From assembly GCA_963693365.1 (NCBI GenBank), contig CAVNZM010000005.1, forward strand, positions 11,741,728-11,805,727: a DNA stretch of 64,000 nucleotides, in the 5' to 3' direction. The notes beneath the pieces were generated by a model. It did not search any database, was not told the origin of the DNA, and saw only the letters and a program-made list of their open reading frames with translations. Within the stretch, counting starts at the first letter, position 1; the number at the start of each line of letters is the position of its first letter. Origin of the DNA: Amoebidium appalachense (taxonomy: Eukaryota; Protista; Ichthyosporea). Positions 1 through 33,467 of the stretch are shown piece by piece. A program made the position numbers and the translations under genes.

Positions 1-10
1 ATATAATTTA

Positions 11-48
<38 letters not shown>

Positions 49-98
49 TTTTTTTTTTTTTTTTTTTTTTAGTTTGCTGAGTGGTTTTTCTCGTTCAG

Positions 99-594
99 CT
101 GATGATACTGAGATCTCGTTCCGGGAGGGAGACCACATCTACCACATCAAGGAGATTGATGCTGGCTGGTGGACTGGCATGACCCAGGACGGCAAGGAGG
201 GCATGTACGTGCTCTCCCCCCCCCCCCCCCCCCTCTTCCCCCTTCCCTCCCCCTCTCCCCCCATCATTGTCTCCCTCCCTCCGTCATCGATCCATCCATT
301 CCGCTACCGGCCCTCCCTCACACACACACATCCTTTCTCCCCCCCTCCTTGTCTATCTCTGTCTGCCTGGGCATATTATGCGCAACTGTGTAACCTCCCG
401 CCTCCTCCTCTCCCTCTCTCTCTCTTTCCCTCCCCTCCTGCCTGCCTGCCTGCTTCCCTCCCTCTCCACCCCTCCTCCCCTTCACCCCCCACCCCCTGTT
501 CCTCCTCCCTCACCCCCCTCTCCCATTCCCCGTTCCCCATGGTTTCTCCCTCGTGCCCTCTCCCCCTTCCCCCTCCCCTCCTCCTCCTCCCCCC

Positions 595-639
<45 letters not shown>

Positions 640-883
640 AAACCTCGCCTCTTCCCCCGTTCTCCTCCACAACCCCTTTGCTGCCGCCCCTTTTTTCCTT
701 CCACTCCTTTTCCCGTCCCTTTGTTCCCTTTTTCCGCCTTCCTTGACTCCCAAGCAAACAACAAGTTATGCACGGCGGAGATTACGTAGGAGGCAAGAAA
801 TTTTTTATTGCTTTTGATCTCGCATGCTGATTGGCTGTGTGGTTTCCAGGTTTCCTTCCAACTACGTGCAGCTTCTGGAGTGA
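99..883 (+). CDS. Last two exons (99-204, 850-883) of a C-terminal SH3-domain protein, Abp1/DBNL/cortactin-like; 5' part lies outside the window
   Basis: The spliced translation ADDTEISFREGDHIYHIKEIDAGWWTGMTQDGKEGM|FPSNYVQLLE* has the SH3 motifs EISF, WW and G-FP-NYV at the extreme C-terminus. Intron is GT-AG (gtacgt at 205, cag at 847-849). Confidence 0.85.
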
Positions 884-1136
884 CCACCCGATGCTAAAAA
901 TAGCCGGTGGACTTCCTGCTAGGCTACATTGCCGAAATGTCGAGCGATATTACCCTTTAGATGCAGACAGACGATTGGTTTACCTATTTTTTCATATATG
1001 ATTCGATATACAGTGATTGGGTTTACTATGTTATAGCTATAGGCATATATGATTTCCATACACAAACGTTGAATTGGGTTCCTAGTGTTTAGGCATCTAT
1101 GTTCGATTCGCTCACATGTGGTAAATTTTTATATTA

Positions 1137-1322
1137 CAGTCACCGCTCGATATAACACCCCCCCCTGGTTACACTCCGGGGGGGCGTTATATCGTGGGGG
1201 ACGCTATATCGTAATGTGTCCACGTTCAAATCCTGCTTGAGACCCAAAATCGGTGACATCCTGGGGGGGCGCTATATTGGGGGGGGCGCTGTATAATGGG
1301 GGTGTTTATCGAGCGGTGACTG
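1137..1322. mobile_element. MITE, Tc1/mariner-pogo type, 186 bp
   Basis: TIRs of about 25 bp (cagtcaccgctcgatataacacccc / ggggtgtttatcgagcggtgactg), with TA on both sides (1135-1136, 1323-1324). Confidence 0.85.
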
Positions 1323-1534
1323 TAGGCTGTAAGTACTGGGGTCGTGGGTTACACTCGCAGGTGTTTGTCTGTGTTACATATACGTATACCCAGTTGGCTT
1401 GCGAGAATTTGGCTAATTTTGCATGTGCTGTGCACAGTGTAAGCGATTGGAGTTTGCTTGGAGTTTTTTGAGAGTAAAGGTATAGGCCTAGCGTGTGTCC
1501 TTCAAATTATTGTGTGCAGCCCCCCCCCCCCCTC

Positions 1535-1594
<60 letters not shown>

Positions 1595-1762
1595 AGAAAA
1601 GAAAAGAAAAGAAAAGAAAAAAAATTGAAAAAAATTGAAAAAAGGGAAAACGTCACCCCTTTCCCCGGCCATCGCTCCTGTCTCTCGAACTCTCTGTGCC
1701 CTCCTGTATAGAAGTTTGGACGCTTTGTAGAACCCCAGATTTTGCTGTGCTTGTTTCCCCCT

Positions 1763-1793
<31 letters not shown>

Positions 1794-2543
1794 CTTAAAA
1801 AAGAAAAAAAAAGAGGGGGGGGGGGGGGGGGAAGAAAAGAGGGGGAAAGGGGGGTGGAAGGCCGGGAGGGGTTATAACAATAACAGCTGCGTTAAAAAAA
1901 AAAAGTAACCCATGTGTATACATTACCCGCATATTTGGGCCTTCTTGGTCGTATGGGCTCGTATACAGTTAGTGCACTCAACAGGACCTTCACCTTATAG
2001 CTAAGTTGCAAAGGGAACTCTCCCATATATAGTGTGATTATCAGGAGATATGTAACAACTCACACTATGTCTGACGGAGCTGTGTACAGAAACATAGAAC
2101 GAAATGCTCAATACCGGGAAAAAACAGAACTATTTCTGGATGTTAGACCTAATTACGTATTATATAAGTATTATTCATTCATCCCTACAGAGGATGGGAT
2201 ATCATTAAACACCCAGGTTAACCCCAGGCTAAATTGCAGCCATTTTGCCGAAAATGTTGTGCGAACAGAAAATTCACGTTATTGCTATAGTGAATAGAAA
2301 TGGCTCAAGGCGCACATTCGTACCTAAATTAACATAGGGGGCATTCTAGACCTAACACACGGGATCGACAATTACTTAATTAACATGGAAGATTTCACTG
2401 TAGTTGCCATAAAAATTAAAAAAAATGAATAAATTAAGGACAACAAGTGGCCACGCCAAGAAAAGAGCACATCGGCAGTGTTATGATGGGCCACTGAGAT
2501 CTAAAAATAGAGGGACAAAAATGAAATAGCAATGGGATGGTCA

Positions 2544-11552
<9,009 letters not shown>

Positions 11553-12780
11553 TCCTAACGTAAGTCTGTATGTAAAATGTAAATAGTTGCTGCTACTAAA
11601 ATGACCCCACCACCATTGCTACTTACAAAAAATAGTTCCCTAGGCCTTGTACAATACTGCCCACAATGATTTCTGCCGCCAGCACCCTTTGTTTACAAAT
11701 ATTTACAAGGTGACAAGGTTCACCTAGATCTAAGGTATGTGGCTATTTGCGATTCACGTTTCCTATTGATGATTGGCAAATAGATTGGTTACTTGACTTC
11801 CTCTAGATGGGTATGACTTGTAGCATCTCAGGGGGTAAACACTGAGAATCATTTACCATTTCTGTCACGTTTCAAGCAACATAAAGATTAATATACAAGT
11901 TCTTAAGAATATATCTGTATGTACAATAATAAGTACGGGCCCCACCTGTGGTGGTAAATGTGCCGCGACCCGCGGCACATCCGCCAGGATTGACATTTTT
12001 GAGTGGATTAAAGTCATGCATTAAACATGTCACTAATTAGCCGAAGGAATGTGCCGGACCTTCGGACAACATTCCCTTGTGACCCTTCGGAATCTTTTGA
12101 ATCGATAATAACCACCACACCTGGACCGCCCATGAAATTCTCTTTTTTACTATGTACACTTTCAAACATTAATCAATATAAGTAGCACTAATATTTATGA
12201 GTGCCACACTCAGTGTACCACACTGGCATGTCCCCATTGTACCTACAAGCTCTAACTTCCGTATTGCTATCAAGAATCTAATTATTAACTCTACTAGAAC
12301 TGCTTTTTTACATAGTAAAATTAGGGTGGTGGTAAAGGTGACTGAGAGATGTTTGACGAGTGTAGACGTATTTTGGGGTATTATTAGGCCTCAGAAATAA
12401 AATTTATATATGCCATATCATGTGTTTACGCGCATGAGGTCTTTTTTTTAACCTTTAAGTTTCATATGTAACTTGACCGGGACTTTTTTTTCCCGTTTTC
12501 CGAGATCTATTTGGTTCGTGGGTGTATTCCGTGGGTGTAAACACTGCATATAATAACACAAATAAAAATTTTCAACATAAAACTTAAAACTTTAATTTAA
12601 AGCGCCACCACCGTGTGTGTGTGGTGTGTGTGTGTTGTGTGTGTGAGTGTGTATGTGTGTGTGTGTGTGGATGCACTATACCTAGCCAAGGGAACAGCAA
12701 ATCCACACCACGTGCACCCCCCCCCCCCCCCCCCCCCCCTTCCCCCCTCCCCCTCCCCCCCCCCCCCCCCCCCCCCCCCC

Positions 12781-14300
12781 CCATATTCACTCAACTACAA
12801 TACACCTCCGGAAGTAGGTCATGCCGCTATAGGTCATACATACCCCCCACCCCCCCACCCCCCCCCCCCCCCCTCCTCCCTCCCCCCTCCCCCCCCCAAA
12901 AAAACAAACAAAAAGAAGACTACTTAATCACCGAATCGCAAGTGTGCCTCCGAGTACAGTACGGCGCTTCTTATATATTTCCAATATGTAGCATTATGAT
13001 CCCCCCTCCCCTCCCTCTCCCCCTCCCCCCTAGTTTTCTCAGCCACACAGAGCACCCATCAAAATGGGCCACCTGCAGCATCGTACATATGCTCGGAGGG
13101 GCATTTGCAATTGGTTACATTGCATTAGGCTTGCTTGAAATTCTGAATCATACGGTTGACGCACTGTAGGGTCACCGTGCTATACGATACATGAGCAGCT
13201 TTGAACCACAAGGGCAGAGTGTTCAGAAACTACTACACCGGCGGGAAATTTTAAATCCAAACTCTGGACTCTTGCGTTTCATATGGTAGGCTAATTAAGT
13301 GCCATCATCATGTTCCTATAGTAGCAGATCAGCTGTGTTTTTGGTTCTTTTTGCCCAACCACGTTAGCGGCAACCGACTTTGCGGTGTCGCATGCTGTGT
13401 GCATGAAAAAATGCCATCAAAGCCGTGTGTTTGAATAATACTGTGGGTCGAAGTCAACAACTCGACTAGTGACTGTAACGAATATTCTTTCAGCAGCAAA
13501 CAAGGTGGGGAGGGGGCGACCATGTCATGCCCGGAATGTCTGTGCAAACCCATGGCAATTGTACACCGTGCACTACCTCACTGTCACTGCAAACGGAGTG
13601 CAAAACGCCGATTATGGTCTCCCATTTTTACACGGCAAGCCGGCATGGTTATAGGTTCGGCTCTTTTGTGTTTCTGATTGTGGGACATGCCAGGACAAAT
13701 ATTCAGAAGTCGGCTTCACGTTTTTCATCGACCAAACGGCCAGACTCTCTAGGGTAGTGACCCTCCCATACGGTGCCGAGTTGTAAAACATATCAATAAA
13801 CTTGCAAGGTGGCTTTCTTATGAGTGTATTGTAGGTACTCTGGATGTTTCCCTAAAAAACTTGCACGGACAATGTCCATGCCGCAATTGTTAATCGTTCG
13901 GGTTGGCCATGCGCATGCCGGGGCTTCAAGTATGTTGGGGTGGGTGGGTGGGGGCGGGGGGGGGGGGGGGGGGGGGGGGGAGGGGGGGGGAGGGGGGCGG
14001 CCACACTGGCAGGGAGATTTTTGGGCTGCCCCCCCCCCCCCCCCCCCCCCCCTCCCCCCCCCGCACGGTTCACGGGCCCGCGCAACCTTTCCCGTCTATG
14101 TGGCCCATTTCAAACTCAAAAATCGTATTGCCATGAAGGATACTTAGGAGGATACTACACAATCACATGCTCTCTTGTCAATGAGTTCACTTCTTCATTC
14201 AAACGACATTTTTTGGTATTAGTGGTTGCCGGGTCGTTTGAAATATGGCGGTCAGATCATGGTGGTTATGATGGCGTGGACCAGGTGTTGGGTGTGTTCA
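12781..14300 (+). pseudogene. Decayed coding-like segment, copy 1 of a diverged duplication
   Basis: Collinear similarity blocks to 15724-16950. One + frame gives NEYSFSSKQGGEGATMSCPECLC versus NDYSFSSKTHGEGANMLCPEGLC in copy 2, with stops nearby. Confidence 0.45.
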
Positions 14301-14445
14301 ATGAGCCACCTCGCACACAAGATAGCAGGACCTGGTGGAGCAATCATGTGCACGTATTTATTAAAAAAAGGAAAAAAACTGATTGTGTGTGTGCCGAGCG
14401 TGTGCCGGTGCACGCGCATGTGTGTGCCGGTGCGCGTGTGCGTGT

Positions 14446-14490
<45 letters not shown>

Positions 14491-14595
14491 TGTGTGTCTT
14501 TTTGTGTGTGTGTGTGGTGTGTCACGGTGTGTGTGTGTGTGTATTTGTGTGTGTGTGTTTTTGTGCGCGTGTGTGACGGCGTGTGTTTGTGTGTT

Positions 14596-14626
<31 letters not shown>

Positions 14627-14694
14627 TGTGTGTGTGGTGTGTGCGTGTGTGTGTGTGTGTCTGTGTGCAGTGTGTGTGTGTGTGTGTGCGTGTG

Positions 14695-14757
<63 letters not shown>

Positions 14758-15280
14758 ACATGTGTTTGTGTGTGCTACATGCCCTTGGGTGCGTTCCGTA
14801 TGTGTGTAGTGTGCAGTAAATGCGTGGGGGGGGGGGGGGGGGGGGAGGATCGAAGGGGTTGGGGGGAAGGGGGAGGGGGGAGGGGGGGGGGGGGGGGGGG
14901 GGGCGAGAGGGGGGCGGGCTCCCAGAGGAGTATGAGGAGGACATGGAAACGGGAAGAGCCTCAGAAGCCAAGCATCGTGACTTGTGTGGAAATAAATGCA
15001 TATAGAAGGAATACGCATTCCGAGGACACTCAACCTTATGAATTTGAAACACTTTAAAACTGAAGGGCCTTAGAGGGCTTAATTGAAAAGAGGGTAATTT
15101 GAGGGTGTTACGGCGAAGGAGAAGGGGGGGGGTGTGAGGGGGGGGGGGGGGGGGGAGGGTGGCTTCACTGTCATAGTAAGATGTACAAAAGCTCAGGGAA
15201 AGGAAGAGGAGAAGACGGCGGCGACCCGTTGGGGGGGGGGGGGGGGGGGGGGGGAGGGGGGGGGGAGGAGAAGATGGTAA

Positions 15281-15423
15281 CGTACCACGAAACTTTTGAT
15301 GGGTGGGGGGATGCCCTCTCCCTGGTGATGATGTGCCACTTTTTGCGCAAAGCCTCGCACTTCTCCTGTGACATGGCTGCAAGATAGCGCGGTGGCCGCC
15401 AACTGCATGCAAAGGAATGTCAG
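15281..15423 (-). pseudogene. Orphan duplicate of one DDX41 exon with intron flanks
   Basis: Near-identical to 29996-30138 (WRPPRYLAAMSQEKCEALRKKWHIIT), with a 1-bp deletion (ctccctggtg versus ctccctcggtg). Both splice signals are retained. Confidence 0.9.
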
Positions 15424-15497
15424 GGGAAGAAGGTCTTTCACTAACTCACAACGTATCCCCCCCCCCCACCCCCTCCCCCCTCCCCCCGCCCCCTGTT

Positions 15498-15531
<34 letters not shown>

Positions 15532-15723
15532 CCCTCCCCACCTCTGCCCCGCCCCTCTTCCCTCCCGGAAGTTCCTCCAGGACCTCCGACTCCCCCTCCC
15601 CGTCCCCAGGCCATCCCCCCCCCCCCTCCCCCCCTTCCCCCGGCCACCACCACCACCACTGGCACCACTACCCCCCCCCCCCCCCCCCCCCCACCCCCCC
15701 CCCTCCCCCGCCCCCTTTTCTTC

Positions 15724-16950
15724 CCCATTCACTCAACCACGGTGCTCAGGCCTCCGGAAGTAGAGCTGTCATACATAAACTCATGCATATCCCCCCCCCC
15801 CCCCCCCCCCCCCCCCTCCCCCCCCTCCCCTTCCCAAAAGGCTATCCACTCAATGATAATTGCAAGTGCACCTCCGAGTATCATGCCATGCATTCCCCCC
15901 CCCCCCCCCCCCCCCCCCCCCCCATCCCCTCCCCCCTTCTCCCCCCCCTCCCTCCCCCCTCCCCCATATTTCTCAGCCCCACGGAACACCCATGGCCCAC
16001 TTGCATCGTCGTCGACCATGCAAAGCACATTGGCTCAAAGATACATTTGCGCTTGGCTGCATTGCATTACACTTGCATTAATATGGTTGATATTATATGC
16101 AATAATGGTAAATGGTGTTCAAACAGTTACACCCTGATGAGCAACCCAAATATGAGTGATTAGACTGTTCACCGGGAATGTTCACTGTTAACCCAGCTGG
16201 CTTGGGAAACTTTCGTGCTACATGAATGGTTTCCATGTTACAGTAGCGGATCAACGAGAAGTTTGTGCCATGAAGCGGCACCCACTTTCATGCATGCATG
16301 TGGCGCAAATTGAATGAGTGCATATACAAGCAGCCACGGTATGCCATTTAAGCCATGTGTTGAACAAAGCAACAAGTACTGTGGTCTGACACAAACAACT
16401 ATATAGCGATAACGATTATTCCTTCAGCAGCAAGACACATGGGGAGGGGGCGAACATGTTGTGCCCAGAGGGTCTGTGCAACCGTGCACCACATGAGAAC
16501 TTGAGGAAGATCTACCATATGCAAATAATATTGCAGAAGGCCGATTGTGATCACCCCAACTTCATAATGGCAAGCCCGCATCATTACAGGTAAAGCTCTT
16601 CTTGTGCTTTGATTGTGGGGCAAGCCGGACATGATCAATACTAGGCACCTTTTTTTTTTTTAATGTTTTTTTTTTCAAACAACCCCGAAGGTCCCGAGGC
16701 CGGCGAGGCTCTTGTGGCGGAATTATAACTATTAAAAGTGTATCCGATTCCATGGCCAATTGCATGCGGATCAACTACTATGTTCTAATTAGTAGTTGTC
16801 TTGTGTTTGCTGTATTGCAGGTCAGGGGTTTTTCCCGAGAGCCGAGAAAACCCTGCACAGTCGACATTCAATAATGGGCCTAGATCAAGGCTAAACTGAA
16901 GATGGTAATCACGCGGCAACCTGGTGGCATCGGACCAGGTTTTTGGCACA
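15724..16950 (+). pseudogene. Decayed coding-like segment, copy 2 of a diverged duplication
   Basis: Shares ordered blocks with 12781-14300: attcactcaac, cctccggaagtag, ttctcagcc, ttcagcagcaa..ggggagggggcga, tgattgtggg, ggaccaggt. Confidence 0.45.
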
Positions 16951-17432
16951 GTTGCGTCACAGTAAATTTACCTCTATATTCAGCTACCCTTCGAAGTAAC
17001 TCTTAATCGTATTTTCAAGGAGAATCGATGAAAGATGGCCGTCCATTTGCACATGTACATGTGCATCGGCTCTTAAAAGGGGTGGGACGGGGCGAGGCGG
17101 GGCGGGGGAGGGGGGGGGGGGGGGGGGGGGGGCTTCTCATTGATATCAGCCAATCCATGTCTTTGTTCGGATAGATTGCCTCAAAGGGGTTGGGTGGGAG
17201 AATGGGATCCGGACTTGGTGAGTCGTGTGTGCATTCAGTTCGCAGGAAGGTCATTGCAGCCCGCAATTAATATTGGCGGCCAGATCTTCCTTTTTTTGGG
17301 CAACACCATAAAGCTTTACAGTAATTATGGTTGGTCCATGCCATGCATATATGGGCATGTTGTTAGTACTGTGGCTAAAGTTCGGATCGATTGCGCAGTT
17401 GCCGGGGAAATAAGTTTCACATCTTTGATTAT

Positions 17433-17465
<33 letters not shown>

Positions 17466-17563
17466 GGAGGGGAGGGGGGGTAAGCAATGAAAAATATGAC
17501 CGTTAAGACCCCCCTGGTGCACATCATGACCCCCCCCCCCCCCCCCCCCCCCCCCCTCCCTTT

Positions 17564-17621
17564 TGTTGGAAGTAGAGTCCGCTGTGACTAGGGTCGTCGT
17601 GGCGCGCTTGGGCGCTGACCC

Positions 17622-17669
<48 letters not shown>

Positions 17670-20181
17670 CCGCTGTGACTAGGGTCGTCGTGGCGCGCTT
17701 GGGCGCTGACCCGTTTTTTTTTACTGCTTTCAGTGTGTTAACTCCATGACTGAACTCCATGACTTAACTCCATGACTTAACTCCATGACTGAACTCCATG
17801 TCTGAACTCCATGTCTGCACCTGGCAGAGACGTGGCTTATATACCCGTGGGGCAGCAGTCTGGAATGTAATCCGGATGCCAGGTGCTAATCGGATTGGTT
17901 ACTTTCATTTAGAGATCTCTGGGACCAGTGAACCAATCGTTTGCAGTCAAAACACAATTGGCAACATTCCTCAACTATGCAGATGTGCATGTGGTGATCG
18001 AGTGTCAGCGTGTGTCTGTGTACACGGAACCAATTGTAAAGCTAACATACACATATTGTGGAGTGAGCGTAAGTCTGCACTCCAACACCCCTACCCAATT
18101 GGAGAAGTGTACACACCACTGTAGAGAAGAGAGAGTGAGTGTGGCTGCTTGCAGGGTAGACCGGGGTGTGCATTCCACTGTGGTGCGTGCCCCGCCAATG
18201 AAGTGGAATACTTGACGTTGATGTCGCAGGCTGCTGCGGATGGAGTTTGTGGAAGCGAAAGTCTCTACTTCACGGAAATACGCTCGCGGGTGTAGGGTAC
18301 AGCCTAGAAGTCGGTTTCTGGGCTCCTCCGTTCAAGGCGTCGTAGGGGACGTGAAGTTAGAGGCCGCGGTGTCGTGTCTGGGCCCATAACCCTGTTGGAA
18401 GTAGAGTCCGCTGTGACTAGGGTCGTCGTGGCGCGCTTGGGCGCTGACCCGTTTTTTTACTGCTTTCAGTGTGTTAACTTCATGACTGAACTCCATGACT
18501 GAACTCCATGACTGAACTCCATGACTGAACTCCATGTCTGAACTCCATGTCTGCACCTGGCAGAGACGTGGCTTATATACCCGTGGGGCAGCAGTCTGGA
18601 ATGTAATCCGGATGCCAGGTGCTAATCGGATTGGTTACTTTCATTTAGAGATCTCTGGGACCAGTGAACCAATCGTTTGCAGTCAAAACACAATTGGCAA
18701 CATTCCTCAACTATGCAGATGTGCATGTGGTGATCGAGTGTCAGCGTGTGTCTGTGTACACGGAACCAATTGTAAAGCTAACATACACATATTGTGGAGT
18801 GAGCGTAAGTCTGCACTCCAACACCCCTACCCAATTGGAGAAGTGTACACACCACTGTAGAGAAGAGAGAGTGAGTGTGGCTGCTTGCAGGGTAGACCGG
18901 GGTGTGCATTCCACTGTTGGAAGTAGAGTCCGCTGTGACTAGGGTCGTCGTGGCGCGCTTGGGCGCTGACCCGTTTTTTACTGCTTTCAGTGTGTTAACT
19001 CCATGACTGAACTCCATGACTGAACTCCATGACTGAACTCCATGACTGAACTCCATGACTTAACTCCATGACTTAACTCCATGACTGAACTCCATGTCTG
19101 AACTCCATGACTTAACTCCATGTCTGCACCTGGCAGAGACGTGGCTTATATACCCGTGGGGCAGCAGTCTGGAATGTAATCCGGATGCCAGGCGCTAATC
19201 GGATTGGTTACTTTCATTTAGATATCTCTGGGACCAGTGAACCAATCGTTTGCAGTCAAAACACAATTGGCAACATTCCTCAACTATGCAGATGTGCATG
19301 TGGTGATCGAGTGTCAGCATGTGTCTATGTACACGGAACCAATTGTAAAGCTAACATACACATATAGTGGAGTGAGCGTAAGTCTGCACTCCAACACCCC
19401 TACCCAATTGGAGAAGTGTACACACCACTAGAGAAGAGAGAGTGAGTGTGGCTGCTTGCAGGGTAGACCGGGGTGTGCATTCCACTGTGGTGCGTGCCCC
19501 GCCAATGAAGTGGAATACTTGACGTTGATGTCGCAGGCTGCTGCGGATGGAGTTTGTGGAAGCGAAAGTCTCTACTTCACGGAAATACGCTCGCGGGTGT
19601 AGGGTACAGCCTAGAAGTCGGTTTCTGGGCTCCTCCGTTCAAGGCGTCGTAGGGGACGTGAAGTTAGAGGCCGCGGTGTCGTGTCTGGGCCCATAACCCT
19701 GTTGGAAGTAGAGTCCGCTGTGACTAGGGTCGTCGTGGCGCGCTTGGGCGCTGACCCGTTTTTTACTGCTTTCAGTGTGTTAACTCCATGACTGAACTCC
19801 ATGACTGAACTCCATGACTGAACTCCATGACTGAACTCCATGACTTAACTCCATGACTTAACTCCATGACTGAACTCCATGTCTGAACTCCATGACTTAA
19901 CTCCATGTCTGCACCTGGCAGAGACGTGGCTTATATACCCGTGGGGCAGCAGTCTGGAATGTAATCCGGATGCCAGGCGCTAATCGGATTGGTTACTTTC
20001 ATTTAGATATCTCTGGGACCAGTGAACCAATCGTTTGCAGTCAAAACACAATTGGCAACATTCCTCAACTATGCAGATGTGCATGTGGTGATCGAGTGTC
20101 AGCATGTGTCTATGTACACGGAACCAATTGTAAAGCTAACATACACATATAGTGGAGTGAGCGTAAGTCTGCACTCCAACA
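17564..20181 (-). mobile_element. Tandem-array TRIM (non-autonomous copia-type LTR retrotransposon) with 4 LTRs: 17564-18087, 18393-18823, 18915-19396, 19700-20181
   Basis: Each LTR is TGTTGGA...TCCAACA. 5-bp TSD CCTTT at 17559-17563 and 20182-20186. Minus-strand PBS GGTTATGGGCCCAG (19685-19698, 18378-18391). PPT GGGTAGGGG next to the LTR (18088-18096, 19397-19405). Non-coding internal regions of ~305 bp. Confidence 0.92.
19008..19123. repeat. 13-bp minisatellite (ACTCCATGACTGA)n inside each TRIM LTR, copy number varies
   Basis: Direct tandem repeats also at ~17740-17815, 18477-18552 and 19792-19910. Confidence 0.9.
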
Positions 20182-20650
20182 CCTTTCCCCCCACAAAATT
20201 AAGAATCTTCGGCAATGGGATTGGGGGTTGGTGGTTCAAAAATACGTGGTGGTACTAGTGGTGGTGGTGATGGCATGGGGGTGTTGCAGTTGGGTTTTGT
20301 ACGACGTAGTGGGGTATACAAGGTAGCAGGTGCCATACACCGTGCAAATATAGTTTTGCTTAGCTGTGACCTGCACAGGCAGGATAATATCGATTCAGGA
20401 ACTTAAGTTGATCGCGAGTTCAGACATCTCTTTTGGGCCACTAAATTTTCTTACGCTTTTATTATTCCAAAAAAAAGCCCACTGTATACCAGAAAAACCC
20501 ACAGGCATCGAGAACCGAAGAAATCTTTTTTTCATTATTACAATTGGTGGCCGTTTGAGCATTCATAAATAGGCTACTGTCATCCCCCCCCCCCCCCCCC
20601 CCCCCTCCCCCCCTCCCCCCCCCCCACCAAAACAACAACAACAACAACAA

Positions 20651-20682
<32 letters not shown>

Positions 20683-21034
20683 GAGGCCTGGCACATGTAT
20701 ATAAGATTTTTAATCCCAACGTGGTCCAATGCTCCCTAACCACCCCCACCCCCATTCAGCACGATTTCCCCACCAAATGTTTCATATTTGCACACTTTTG
20801 ATAAACCAGGTTTTAGGAAGCCCAATATATGCCTTGCACCTTTTGACTGGCTAGTGTGCGCATACACGCGCGTGCAAACCCATACGTCTGTGACTTATAT
20901 ACTTAAAACAACTCCATAAACCATGTTCAGGCCTGGCCAGTCACCCAAGATGAAGGAAATATTCTTACGACCAGGCTTAGCAGCAAGCATTACATAACTA
21001 CATGTACCACCCTGAGCCCACCTGAACAACCCCC

Positions 21035-21065
<31 letters not shown>

Positions 21066-21169
21066 AAACACATATACACACAAAAAGGAAGTAACGAAAT
21101 ATATGATGGGTTCATAATATAACAGCAACACACACCCCAAAAAAAAGGCAAAAAACCCACAGCAGCCCA

Positions 21170-33127
<11,958 letters not shown>

Positions 33128-33428
33128 GGTTCTGTCTGGGGCTAAAAGCCCAGCTCCAATCAGTAAAGAATCAGTAAACTTTGGGTGAATGGGAAGGCTG
33201 ACTCCGTGATGACAGCTTTGCTGTTAAATCTACATGAAACACGCGGCTAGAAGAGTTTTTTATATAATCCCGGAAAACACAGCAACCCAGAAGCTTGTCG
33301 GTATTGCAGCTGTAAACTGTGTTCATGAAGCTTATAATTACGTGCCTGATCACTTTTCACTATGCATACAGACCGCAAGCAGCCTGCAGGCCTTTCTTAA
33401 GTTAGAGATCACCGGCCGGCGTAGTTCG

Positions 33429-33467
33429 TGACGTCATCCGTTGGGATTCAGGATTGTTCTGACGTCA
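33429..33467. promoter_or_regulatory. Two CRE-like palindromes (TGACGTCA) in the divergent DDX41/epsinR intergenic region
   Basis: TGACGTCA at 33429-33436 and 33460-33467. The same motif is at 56453-56460 upstream of the GPALPP1-like gene. Confidence 0.45.

Noticed and set aside
11935-12135. Possible old MITE (tgtggtggt...accaccaca inverted repeat, internal hairpin at ~11958-11981)
   Set aside because: The inverted repeat is short and degenerate, with no clear TSD and no second copy in the window.
17798-18860. Repeated 108-aa ORF (MSELHVCTWQRRG...)
   Set aside because: It lies antisense within the TRIM LTRs, has no gag/pol motifs and is interrupted in LTRs 3 and 4.
19008-19123. Regular 13-bp repeats as a CRISPR-like array
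   Set aside because: There are no unique spacers and no cas genes. They form a minisatellite within eukaryotic LTRs.
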